The translations under genes were made by a program, and so were the position numbers. DNA of 64,000 nucleotides, from positions 4,596-68,595 of the forward strand of contig QHVM01000086.1 in the NCBI GenBank assembly GCA_003223555.1, given 5' to 3'. The notes beneath the pieces are model-generated. The model was not told where the DNA came from. It saw nothing but the letters and a program-made list of their open reading frames with translations, and made no database searches. Within the stretch, counting starts at the first letter, position 1; the number at the start of each line of letters is the position of its first letter. This document shows, piece by piece, positions 10,134 to 18,871 of this stretch. Origin of the DNA: Acidobacteriota bacterium. Its GTDB lineage: Bacteria; Acidobacteriota; Vicinamibacteria; Fen-336.

Positions 10134-10828
10134 GCGAGCTGTCCGAGATCATCGCCGACCTGCGCGAGCGGGCCCGCTATTACGCGACGCTGACCGACCT
10201 CGGCCTGCCCCCGCGCGAGCCGGCGGCCTCGCCGCGCGGCGACGCCGCCGATCCGGCCGCCGGTCTCTTCGACGGCGGCGCGCGGCTTCGCGCCGTCCGC
10301 GAGGAGGTGGGTGATTGCCGGCGGTGCAAGCTGTCCCGGGGCCGCCACAGCATCGTCTTCGGGCAAGGCAATCCCGATGCCCGGCTGATGTTCATCGGCG
10401 AAGCGCCCGGGGCGGAAGAGGACGAGCAGGGCCTGGCCTTCGTGGGACGGGCGGGGCAGCTCCTCACGGACATCATCGAGAAGGGCCTGAGGATCCCCCG
10501 CCGGGACGTCTTCATCGCGAACGTGCTGATGTGCCGCCCGCCCGACAACCGCAACCCCGAGCCGGACGAGATCCTCGCCTGCCAGCCCTTCCTCGAGCAG
10601 AAGATCGACGCCATCAAGCCCGACGTGATCGTCGGCCTCGGCAAGTTCGCCGGGCAGTGGCTGCTCAAGACGGCCGAGCCCATCTCGCGCATCCGCGGGC
10701 GCGTCGGCGAGTACAGGGGGGTCAAGGTCGTGCCGACCTACCACCCGGCCTTCCTGCTCCGCAACCCGAGTGCGAAGAAGGAAGTCTGGGAGGACATGAA
10801 GCTGGTGCGGAGGCTGCTGGCCGGATGA
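10130..10828 (+). CDS. uracil-DNA glycosylase, family 4
   Basis: The GTG start overlaps the coaBC stop. CRRCKL Fe-S cysteines, MFIGEAPGAEEDEQGLAFVGRAG and the HPAFLLRNP motif are present. Confidence 0.85.
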   Translation: MSELSEIIADLRERARYYATLTDLGLPPREPAASPRGDAADPAAGLFDGGARLRAVREEVGDCRRCKLSRGRHSIVFGQGNPDARLMFIGEAPGAEEDEQGLAFVGRAGQLLTDIIEKGLRIPRRDVFIANVLMCRPPDNRNPEPDEILACQPFLEQKIDAIKPDVIVGLGKFAGQWLLKTAEPISRIRGRVGEYRGVKVVPTYHPAFLLRNPSAKKEVWEDMKLVRRLLAG

Positions 10829-10868
10829 TCTGACCCCGGCTGGCGCTGGTCCCCGCTAGACTGGCCCG

Positions 10869-13203
10869 ATGTCTTCTCGCGCGGTCGGCGTGGCCCTCCC
10901 GCTCCCGGTCCAGACCAGCTTCACCTACCGCCTGCCTGAGAACTTCGCAGGGCCCGAGCGGGGCGCGCGGGTCCTCGTGCCCTTCGGGCCGCGGCGCGTG
11001 ATCGGTGTCGTGACCGCCCCGCTCGACGGAAGCGCGCCGGAAGGGCTCGCGCTGAAGGACGTCCTCGACGTCCTCGACGAGACGCCCCTCGTTCCGGCGC
11101 CGCGCGCCGCCGGGCGAGTGCTACCGGCTGGTCCTCCCGCCGGAGGGAGTACGGGCGAGCCGGGCGGTGGCGCGCCTGCTGCGGGCCGACGCGCCGGCCG
11201 GCGACGCCTACGTGGAGGCGCTGCGGGAGGGGCCGCTGCGCGTCTCCACGCTCGCGCGGCGCCTGGGCGGCGACCCGGCCTCGCGGCTGGCCCGGCTGCG
11301 GCGAGCCGGGCTCGTCGCGGTCGAGCAGGACCTGGCGGCCCGCGGTTTCCGCCGGGTGCAGGTCGCCGTGCAGACGCGCGCGCCCTTCTCGCCGCGGGGC
11401 AAGGCGCAAGCCGAAGTCGTCCGCCGGCTGGAGGCGGCGGGCGGCCGGGCCCGGGTGAGCGACCTCGTCCGCGATCGGCCCGCGCTGCGGAGTGCGGTCG
11501 GCCGCCTGGCCAAGGCCGGCGTCCTTCGCATCGAAGAAGAGCGGGCGGCGAGGATTCCCGGCGTGATGGAGGGCGAGGTTCCCGGCCGGCCCGAGCCGAC
11601 TCCGGATCAAGCGAAGGTCCTGGCCGTCCTCGGAGACGCCGTCGCTCGCGGCGGCTATGCCCCGTTCGTCCTGCACGGCGTCACCGGCAGCGGGAAGACC
11701 GAGGTGTATTTCCGGGCCGCCGAGGCCGCGCTCGCCGCCGGCCGGGGCGTGATCCTCCTCCTGCCGGAGATCGCCCTCACGCCGCTGCTCGTGCGGGCGG
11801 CGGTCGCGCGCTTCGGCCCGACGGTCGCCGTGCTCCACAGCGAGCTGTCGATGGGCGAGCGCCACGACCAGTGGTGGCGCATCCGCGAAGGCGAGTCGCG
11901 CATCGTCGTCGGAGCGCGCTCGGCCGTCTTCGCGCCGGTCTCCGACCTGGGCCTGCTCGTGGTGGACGAGGAGCACGAGGCGGCCTACAAGCAGGAAGAG
12001 AGCCCGCGCTACCACGCCCGCGACGTGGCCGTGATGCGGGCGAAGCTCGAGGGAGCGCCGATCGTGCTCGGCTCGGCGACGCCTTCGCTCGAGTCCCACG
12101 CCAACGCCGTCAAGGGGAAGTACCGGCGGCTGGTCCTGCCCGTCCGCATCGGCCCCCGCGGGCTGCCGAAGGTCGACGTGGTGGACCGCCGCGAGGTGAT
12201 GAAGGCGGGGGCCGAGCCGATCCTCACCCCGCCGCTGCGCGAGGCGCTGGCCGACCGTCTGGCCCGCCGGGAGCAGTCGCTGCTGCTGCTGAACCGCCGC
12301 GGCTATGCGACGAGCCTGCTCTGCCGGGAATGCGGGCAGCAGGCGAGCTGCCCGAACTGCTCCGTGTTCCTGACCCTGCACCGCGGCGGCCGCCATGCGA
12401 TGTGCCACTACTGCGGCTATCAGGTCCCGGCCCCGACGGCGTGCGGCTTCTGCCGGGGCGACTACCTGCGCTTGAGCGGATACGGGACGGAGAAGGTGGT
12501 GGAGGCGGTCCAGGCCGCGCTGCCCAGCGCCCGCGTGGACCGTCTCGACCGCGACCTCGCCGCGCGCCGGGGGGCGGTCGAGAAGGTGCTGGCGGACTTC
12601 GAGGCCGGCCGCACCGACGTCCTCGTCGGCACGCAGATGATCGCCAAGGGGCACGACTTCCCGAAGGTCACGCTGGTCGGCGTCGTGGACGCCGACGTGG
12701 GCCTCGGCCTTCCCGATTTCCGGGCCGCGGAGCGGACCTTCCAGCTCCTCACCCAGGTCGCCGGCCGGGCCGGCCGGGCCGACCTGGCCGGGGAGGTGAT
12801 CCTGCAGAGTCACCTCCCCGACCACTACGCGCTGCAGCTGGCCTGCGCGCAGGACTACGAGTCGTTCTTCGAGCGCGAGATGGAGTTCCGGCGGACGATG
12901 GGCTATCCGCCGGCATCGGCCCTCGTCAACCTCGTCCTGCGGTCGCGTGACGCGGCGGCGGCCGCGGCGGACGCGGACCACGTCGCGCGGCGCCTGCGCG
13001 AGGGCGCGCCCGGCCGCTACCGCGTCCTCGGTCCCGCCCGCGCGCCGCTGGCCCGCCTGAAGCAGGAGCACCGCGTCCAAATCCTGCTGAAGGGCGACCG
13101 CGCCTCCATGCGCGAGGCGGTCCGGTCGGCGCTCGTCGAGCGCTACGGCGAGACCCGGTGGCCGGGAGTGGCGGTGGACGTGGATCCCGTCAGCGTGATG
13201 TGA
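10869..13203 (+). pseudogene. priA: primosomal protein N' (PriA helicase), reading frame broken near 11100-11112
   Basis: The N-terminal ~78 aa (SFTYRLPE..VLVPFGPRRVIGVV..LDETPLVPAP) lie in the 10869 frame. The rest (GECYRLVLPPEG.., Walker A HGVTGSGKTE, DEEH, Zn-finger CPNCS..CHYCG) lies in the 11167 frame. About 15 conserved residues between the two parts appear to be missing. Confidence 0.8.
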
Positions 13204-14107
13204 GGCCGATCGCCTGGAAGAACTCGCGCCAGGACCAGACGATCGGGTTGGGGACGAAGCAGCCGATGAAGACGACCAGGCCGAGGACCGCGATCCAGAC
13301 GCGGGCCGGCCCGAGGGCCGGCTCGTCGTCGAGGGTGGGGGGATGGCGCCGCCCGAGGATGCGGAGGAGGATGGACCAGAAGAGCCAGTTGGGCCCGAAG
13401 TAGATGAGCGCGACGCACACCCAGCTCCCGACCCGCGAGACGAGGGCGGCCCGCTGGCGCGCGACGGCGTAGGTGACGTGGCCGCCGTCGAGCTGGCCGA
13501 TGGGGATCAGGTTGAGGGCGGTGACGAAGAGGCCGAACCATGCGGCCAGGCCGAGGGGACCGAGAGTCAGCGTCAGGTCGTCGGGCAGCGCTCCCTTCAT
13601 CAACCAGACCGCGCCCTTGAAGAAGAGGGGCTCGCCGAGGTAGATCCCGGCGCCGGGAGACTGCGGCAGCAGCTTCGCCTCGCGGACGCCCAGGGCGAGG
13701 ACCGGCAGGCACAGGACGAAGCCGGCCAGCGGCCCGGCGATGCCGATGTCGAAGAGGGCGCGCCGGTGCGGGATCGGACCGCGGATGCGGATGAAGGCCC
13801 CCAGCGTGCCGACGAGGCTGAAGACGGGAAAGGGCAGGAAGTAGGGCAGCGTCGCGTCGACGCCGTAGTACCGGCAGGCGACGTAGTGGCCCATCTCGTG
13901 GGCCATGAGGATGCTGAGGAGGCCGAAGACCAGGCGGGGTCCGCCGCTGATGTAGACCGAGACGACCGTGAGGACGAACAGGACGACGTTGCGCGCCGCG
14001 CCCTTCCACGGCGAAGGCAGGAGCGCCCGCCGCAAGTGGCGGCTGGAAGGCGGGAAGACCCACACCTCCTCCGGGGCCGGTCCGACCGAGGGATTGGGGA
14101 AGCTCAC
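13190..14107 (-). CDS. site-2 protease family (M50) membrane metalloprotease
   Basis: 305 aa, multi-TM. It has the HEMGH zinc motif and a downstream NLIPIGQLDGGH motif. It converges on priA with a 14-nt overlap. Confidence 0.8.
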   Translation of the reverse strand: MSFPNPSVGPAPEEVWVFPPSSRHLRRALLPSPWKGAARNVVLFVLTVVSVYISGGPRLVFGLLSILMAHEMGHYVACRYYGVDATLPYFLPFPVFSLVGTLGAFIRIRGPIPHRRALFDIGIAGPLAGFVLCLPVLALGVREAKLLPQSPGAGIYLGEPLFFKGAVWLMKGALPDDLTLTLGPLGLAAWFGLFVTALNLIPIGQLDGGHVTYAVARQRAALVSRVGSWVCVALIYFGPNWLFWSILLRILGRRHPPTLDDEPALGPARVWIAVLGLVVFIGCFVPNPIVWSWREFFQAIGLTSR

Positions 14108-14125
14108 GGGCCGGGGAGCCGGAGG

Positions 14126-14398
14126 CTACTGGCTCAGGTTCTGGAGGTCCTTGCCGGGCTTGAAGCGGATCGTGCGGCCGGGCGGGATCTTGACCTCCTT
14201 GCCCGTCCGCGGGTTGCGGCCGATGCCGCGCTTGCGGGGCTTGACCTGGAAGACGCCGAAGCCGCGCAGCTCGATGCGCTCTCCGCGCATCATCGAGTCC
14301 TTCATGGCTTCGAGGACGGCCTCGACCGCCGTCTCCGCCTTGACCTTCGTGATGTCCGCGGCCTTGGAGACCTCGTTGATGATGTCCACCTTGATCAT
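14126..14398 (-). CDS. HU/IHF-family DNA-binding protein
   Basis: 90 aa from the MIKVDII start, preceded by GGAAGGAG. The motif RGFGVFQVKPRKRGIGRNPRTGKEV is present. The longer track ORF to 14566 is rejected. Confidence 0.85.
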   Translation of the reverse strand: MIKVDIINEVSKAADITKVKAETAVEAVLEAMKDSMMRGERIELRGFGVFQVKPRKRGIGRNPRTGKEVKIPPGRTIRFKPGKDLQNLSQ

Positions 14399-14438
14399 GC
14401 CGGGGGTGCTCCTTCCTGAGTGGTACGTATTATAGACG

Positions 14439-15721
14439 ATGATCCCGATCCCCAAAATCGCCCTGGTGGGCCGGCCCAACGTCGGCAAGTCCACGCTGTT
14501 CAATCGGATCTGCGGCCGGCGCAAGGCCATCACCGACCGCAAGCCCGGCTCCACCCGCGACCGCAACTACGCGCAGGCCTCCTGGCAGGGCGCCGGCTTC
14601 GAGCTGATCGACACCGGCGGGCTCCTGCTGGAGACGGACGATCCGTTGCTCGGGCCGGCCGCGCGCCAGGCGGAGCGGGCCATCGACGAGGCCGACCTGG
14701 TGCTGCTCGTCGTGGACGGCCGGGCCGGCCGGCTGCCCGACGACGAGGCGATCGGGTCGCGGTCAACAAGCTCGAGGGACCCGGGGACGGGACCGAGGAG
14801 TTCGCCCGGCTCGGCTTCGACCGGGTCATGGCCCTCTCGGCCGAGCATGGGCAGGGGGTAGGCGACCTCCTCGACGCGGCGCTCGAAGAGCTGCCGCGGG
14901 TGGGGCCGCCCGAGGACGAGACCGGGCCACTGCGCATTGCGATCGTGGGCCGGCCCAACGTCGGCAAGTCGTCGCTGCTGAACCGGTTCCTCGGCTCGGA
15001 GCGCGCGGTCGTGTCGCCCATCCCGGGCACGACCCGCGACGCGGTCGACAGCTTGCTCGAACGGGCTGGCAAGCGTTACCTCTTCGTGGACACGGCCGGG
15101 ATCCGGCGCGTGCGGCACCTGGACGAGAACGTCGACCACGTGAGCGTCGTGCAGGCCCGGCGCTCGCTGGAGCGCGCCGACGTGGCGCTGCTGATCCTCG
15201 ACGCCGCCGAGGGGCTGCGGGACATGGACGCGACGATCGCGGGCTACGTGCAGGAGGCCGGCCGGCCGGTGGTCGTCGTGGTGAACAAGTGGGACGTGGC
15301 GGGCGAGCGCGAGCTTAAGCAGCGCGCGTTCGAGCAGGCGGTGCGGGACCGCCTGAAATTCCTGGCCTGGGCGCCGGTCGTGTTCGCCTCCGCCACTACA
15401 GGCAAGGGCCTCTCCGCCGTGCTCGCCGCCGCCGAGCGGGCCCACCAGTCGAGCCGCACCCGCATTGCCACCGGCCCTCTCAACCGCCTGCTGGCCCGCG
15501 CCACCGCCCTCCAGGCCCCGAAGGCCGCGAAAGGAAACCAGGCCGTCAAGCTCCTGTTCGCGACGCAGATCGGGGTCGCGCCCCCCACCTTCGTGCTCTC
15601 GATCAACCATCCGGTAGACCTCCACTTCTCGTACAAGCGCTTCCTGGAGAATCAGTTACGGAAGGAGTTCGGGTTCGAGGGCACGCCCATGGTGTTGAAG
15701 GTGCGTGGCCGCCGCCACTGA
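14439..15721 (+). pseudogene. der: ribosome-associated GTPase Der/EngA, reading frame broken near 14753-14756
   Basis: GTPase domain 1 (GRPNVGKSTLFN, DTGG) is in the 14439 frame up to PDDEAI. AVNKLEG, the second G domain (GRPNVGKSSLLN, DTAG, NKWD) and the KH-like tail are in the 14420 frame. About 11-12 residues between DEAI and VNK are missing. Confidence 0.8.
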
Positions 15722-15746
15722 CGAGGAGCACGCGAACCGTTTCTTC

Positions 15747-15775
15747 TTGACATCTCCCGAGGCCACTCATATAAT
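15747..15775 (+). promoter_or_regulatory. consensus sigma70-type promoter upstream of the ihfA-like gene
   Basis: TTGACA (15747-15752), an exact 17-nt spacer, then TATAAT (15770-15775), set in a locally AT-rich patch of an otherwise ~70% GC sequence, about 70 nt upstream of the ATG at 15847. Confidence 0.6.
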
Positions 15776-15846
15776 GCTCGAAACTTTCGAGTCTAACTAG
15801 TTGTAAACACTGATTTTTTGTGTCCTCGCGGGGGTACCGGGGCCCC

Positions 15847-16122
15847 ATGACGAAGGCGGACATCGCGCGCATCGTCTATGAGAGGCACGGGGGTCTTTCG
15901 AACCGCGAGGCGGCGCGGCTGGTGGAGATCATCTTCGACTCGATCAAGAACCGGCTCGGCGACGGCGAGAAGGTGCAGATCACCGGCTTCGGAACGTTCG
16001 TGATCCGCCAGAAACGGGAGAGGCGCGGGCGCAATCCCCAGACTGGAGAGGAGATGCTCATCAAGCCGCGCAGGTCGGTCGTCTTCCGTCCCTCCAAGCT
16101 CTTCGGCGCGGCCGCCGATTAG
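15847..16122 (+). CDS. ihfA: integration host factor alpha-like DNA-binding protein
   Basis: MTKADIA.. start, then GFGTFVIRQKRERRGRNPQTGEEMLIKPRRSVVFRPSK, which resembles E. coli IhfA (GFGNF..GRNPKTGE..RRVVTFRPG). It is followed by a MerR gene and tRNA-Pro, a commonly conserved arrangement. Confidence 0.8.
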   Translation: MTKADIARIVYERHGGLSNREAARLVEIIFDSIKNRLGDGEKVQITGFGTFVIRQKRERRGRNPQTGEEMLIKPRRSVVFRPSKLFGAAAD

Positions 16123-16140
16123 CCGGCGCGGCCGCCCTTC

Positions 16141-16530
16141 ATGGAAAGGAAGATCCCGAACAAGCTCTTCTTCAAGATCGGGGAGGTGTGCGAGCTGACC
16201 GACACCCAGCCGTACGTGCTCCGTTACTGGGAATCGGAGTTCCCGGCCCTCGCCCCCGCCAAGAACACCTCGGGACAGCGGATCTACCGCCGCCGCGACA
16301 TCGAGACCGTGCTGCGCATCAAGCAGCTCCTCTACGAGGAAGGGTTCACGATCGCGGGCGCGAAGAAGCGGCTCGAGATGGAGATGGCCGGCCGCGCGCC
16401 GAGCCCCGGCTCGCTTCCGCCGGGTGGCAACGGTGGCGGCGAGGCGGCGAAGAAGGCGCTGCACGAAGTCCGCGACCAGCTTCGGGAAATATTGACTCTC
16501 CTGGAGAGGAATGATAGAAAGCAGGTCTGA
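16141..16530 (+). CDS. MerR-family transcriptional regulator
   Basis: 129 aa. The N-terminal [59 protein letters not shown] is typical of MerR. Confidence 0.8.
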   Translation: MERKIPNKLFFKIGEVCELTDTQPYVLRYWESEFPALAPAKNTSGQRIYRRRDIETVLRIKQLLYEEGFTIAGAKKRLEMEMAGRAPSPGSLPPGGNGGGEAAKKALHEVRDQLREILTLLERNDRKQV

Positions 16531-16542
16531 TCGTCGGCGGAT

Positions 16543-16619
16543 CGGGATGTAGCGCAGCCTGGTAGCGCACCTGCTTGGGGTGCAGGTGGTCGGCGGTTCA
16601 AATCCGCCCATCCCGACCA
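16543..16619 (+). tRNA. tRNA-Pro (anticodon GGG)
   Basis: Hand-folded cloverleaf. Acceptor CGGGATG/CATCCCG, D arm GCGC..GCGC, anticodon stem CCTGC/GCAGG with loop TTGGGGT, T arm GGCGG-TTCAAAT-CCGCC, and an encoded CCA. Confidence 0.9.
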
Positions 16620-16674
16620 GGCTCTTTCCGGTCATCCTCGCCCCGGACGGAGGTCACCTCGGTCTGGGGCGTTC

Positions 16675-17472
16675 TTGTCTATGGGTCAACCGCTCATCCT
16701 GGCGACCAACGACGACGGCGTGAACGCGCCGGGGATCAAGGCCCTCTGCGCCTCGCTCGCCCAGCGCGGCGAGGTGCACGTCGTCGCGCCCGACCGCGAG
16801 GTGAGCGCCTGCGCCCAGTCGCTGACGTTGAAGCACCCCCTACGGGCCGAGCGGATCGAGGAGCGCGTCCACGCCGTGGACGGGACGCCCGCCGACTGCG
16901 TCAACCTGGCGCTGGTGAAGCTGCTGCCCCGGCGCCCGGACCTGGTGGTGTCGGGGATCAACCGCGGCGCGAACCTCGGCGAGGACGTCTTCTACTCGGG
17001 CACGGTGGGGGGGGCGCGCGAGGGCACCTTCTTCGGCGTGCCCTCGATCGCGATCTCGCTCGCCGCCCGCGCCGAGGCCGACTTCGCTCCCGCGGCGGAG
17101 TTCGCGGCCCGGCTGTCCGCCCTGGTCCTCGAGAAGGGCCTGCCCGAGCGCACGATGCTGAACGTGAACGTGCCGCCGGGGATGCCGCTGGGCGCGGTCA
17201 TCACCGTGCAGGGCCGCCGCGAGCACGAGGGCACGATCCTCGAGGGGCTCGACCCGCGCCGGCGCACGTACTACTGGATCGAGGAGGGCAACGACCGCTG
17301 GTTGAGCGACGAGCTCTCCGACATCAACGCCGTGCGCCGCGGCTACATCTCCATCACCCCGCTGCAGACGGACACGACCCACCACGCCGTGCTGGCCGCC
17401 TTCCGGGCCTGGGAGCCCGCCCTCGGCAACGGCCACGCCATCCCCGCGGGTCCCCGTCGCCGGGGGGAGTGA
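16675..17472 (+). CDS. surE: 5'/3'-nucleotidase SurE
   Basis: LILATNDDGVNAPGI, GINRGANLGEDVFYSGTVGGA and SITPLQ motifs. An alternative ATG start lies at 16681. Confidence 0.9.
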   Translation: MSMGQPLILATNDDGVNAPGIKALCASLAQRGEVHVVAPDREVSACAQSLTLKHPLRAERIEERVHAVDGTPADCVNLALVKLLPRRPDLVVSGINRGANLGEDVFYSGTVGGAREGTFFGVPSIAISLAARAEADFAPAAEFAARLSALVLEKGLPERTMLNVNVPPGMPLGAVITVQGRREHEGTILEGLDPRRRTYYWIEEGNDRWLSDELSDINAVRRGYISITPLQTDTTHHAVLAAFRAWEPALGNGHAIPAGPRRRGE

Positions 17473-17478
17473 GGCGCG

Positions 17479-18468
17479 CTAGAACGCGTGGCTGTAGCCG
17501 GCGATGACCAGGTAGTCGGCGAAGGCGGCGTCGCCGTGGCCGCCGCTGGCCTTGTCCGCCACGCTTCGGGTGCGATTGCGGTAGACCGCGAAAGGCACGC
17601 CGAGCGAGAAAGCTGACTTCCCGCGGATGTAGGTCACTCCCGGCTCGATCGAGACTGCGTAACCCGGCCGGCGGAATCCCCGGCTCCCGCCGATCACGTC
17701 CTCCGCCGGGACGCCCTCCAGCCGGCCGCCCAGGTTGAGGGTCCAGGATCCCTTGGCGCGGAACGAGGTCGCCAGCCCCGCCCGGACGAGGTATTGATCG
17801 GCGACCGACATCTCCTGCGTCAAGGGGTTGGTGCCGCCGTTGCTCGTGTGGTTCGTCTCCCTCGGGTTGAACAGGTACGAGCCCGAACCGTATCCGACCA
17901 GCCGGCCGAGCCTCTGGAACGCCGTCCCCTCGACGGTGAACCCGAACCCTCCGTCCCCCGGCTGGATCGACTGGTCCACCGGCTGGATGGTGCTCACGAT
18001 GCCGCCGTTGCTGAAGGTCCGCCGGACGTCGAGATGGTCGTCGTCTCCGGTGGGGAGCTTCAGCCCGACGCCGAGCGAGACGTTCCCGTTCCCGTGCGAG
18101 TCCGGCGCCAGCACCCAGCGCCGGGCGGAAAGCGTGATGTCGCTCAGCCCGTGCGCCTGCGTCACCGAGCGGTCGATCACCTGCCGCGTCTGGTCGCGGA
18201 TCGGGTTGGAGCGGTCCGCGATCAGGAACGGAAGGCCGAGGGTGAGGCTGGAGCGGGGGCTCAGGTTGTACCGGACCGAGAGGTCGAGCAGGTGGATGCG
18301 GTTGATGACCTGGCTCGAGTCGGTCTCCCGGTTCTTCTGCTCCTCGGAGCCCACGAAGTGGCGGTCCGATCTCTGCCATCGATAGCCGCTCGAAACCTGC
18401 CACGTCCCGGCCCTGGCGTAGGGGCTCTTATCCGTGCCGATCACGGGCACGTCCATGCGCGCCGCCAC
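17479..18468 (-). CDS. putative outer-membrane beta-barrel protein (signal peptide separated by an in-frame TGA)
   Basis: Alternating beta-strand pattern with a C-terminal ..AGYSHAF ending in Phe. The ORF as given has no signal peptide. An in-frame signal-peptide-like segment lies directly upstream of a TGA at 18469-18471 (see finding). Confidence 0.6.
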   Translation of the reverse strand: MAARMDVPVIGTDKSPYARAGTWQVSSGYRWQRSDRHFVGSEEQKNRETDSSQVINRIHLLDLSVRYNLSPRSSLTLGLPFLIADRSNPIRDQTRQVIDRSVTQAHGLSDITLSARRWVLAPDSHGNGNVSLGVGLKLPTGDDDHLDVRRTFSNGGIVSTIQPVDQSIQPGDGGFGFTVEGTAFQRLGRLVGYGSGSYLFNPRETNHTSNGGTNPLTQEMSVADQYLVRAGLATSFRAKGSWTLNLGGRLEGVPAEDVIGGSRGFRRPGYAVSIEPGVTYIRGKSAFSLGVPFAVYRNRTRSVADKASGGHGDAAFADYLVIAGYSHAF

Positions 18469-18871
18469 TCAACCTTGCGCGAACGCCTCCCGCGGCGCCA
18501 GGCTCGCGAGGGTGATCGCCGCCACCCCGAGCCCCCGGCCGCCCCGGATCCAGCGCGGGTCTTCCACCGGCCCTTCCTTTCCTTGGAGACGGAAGCCGTC
18601 GGCCGGCACCTAGCAAGCCGCGGGCCGGGCGGAGGCCGCCTGGCCCGGATCGAGGAACGAATGCGCGGAGCAAGGAGTTAGGGTCGACATCCCAGGCCCG
18701 GGCCTGCGGCGGCCAGTCGCCCTCGCATACGGGTTATGGCCCGGTGAGCGGCCGCCGCATAGGACCTACGGCGAACGCATCAGCGACGTGACTCCGCCTG
18801 GGCGGGCCGATCGTCGAAGCCGGTGCCTCGTCCGAGCGCCTCCGCGTATGATAGGGACCTGCGTCTCTAGC

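Noticed and set aside
18469-18471. The in-frame TGA in the OMP gene as a selenocysteine codon
   Set aside because: I see no convincing SECIS-like hairpin immediately downstream. A Sec residue at a signal-peptide/mature-protein junction has no precedent I know of. A nonsense mutation, base error or junction is more likely.
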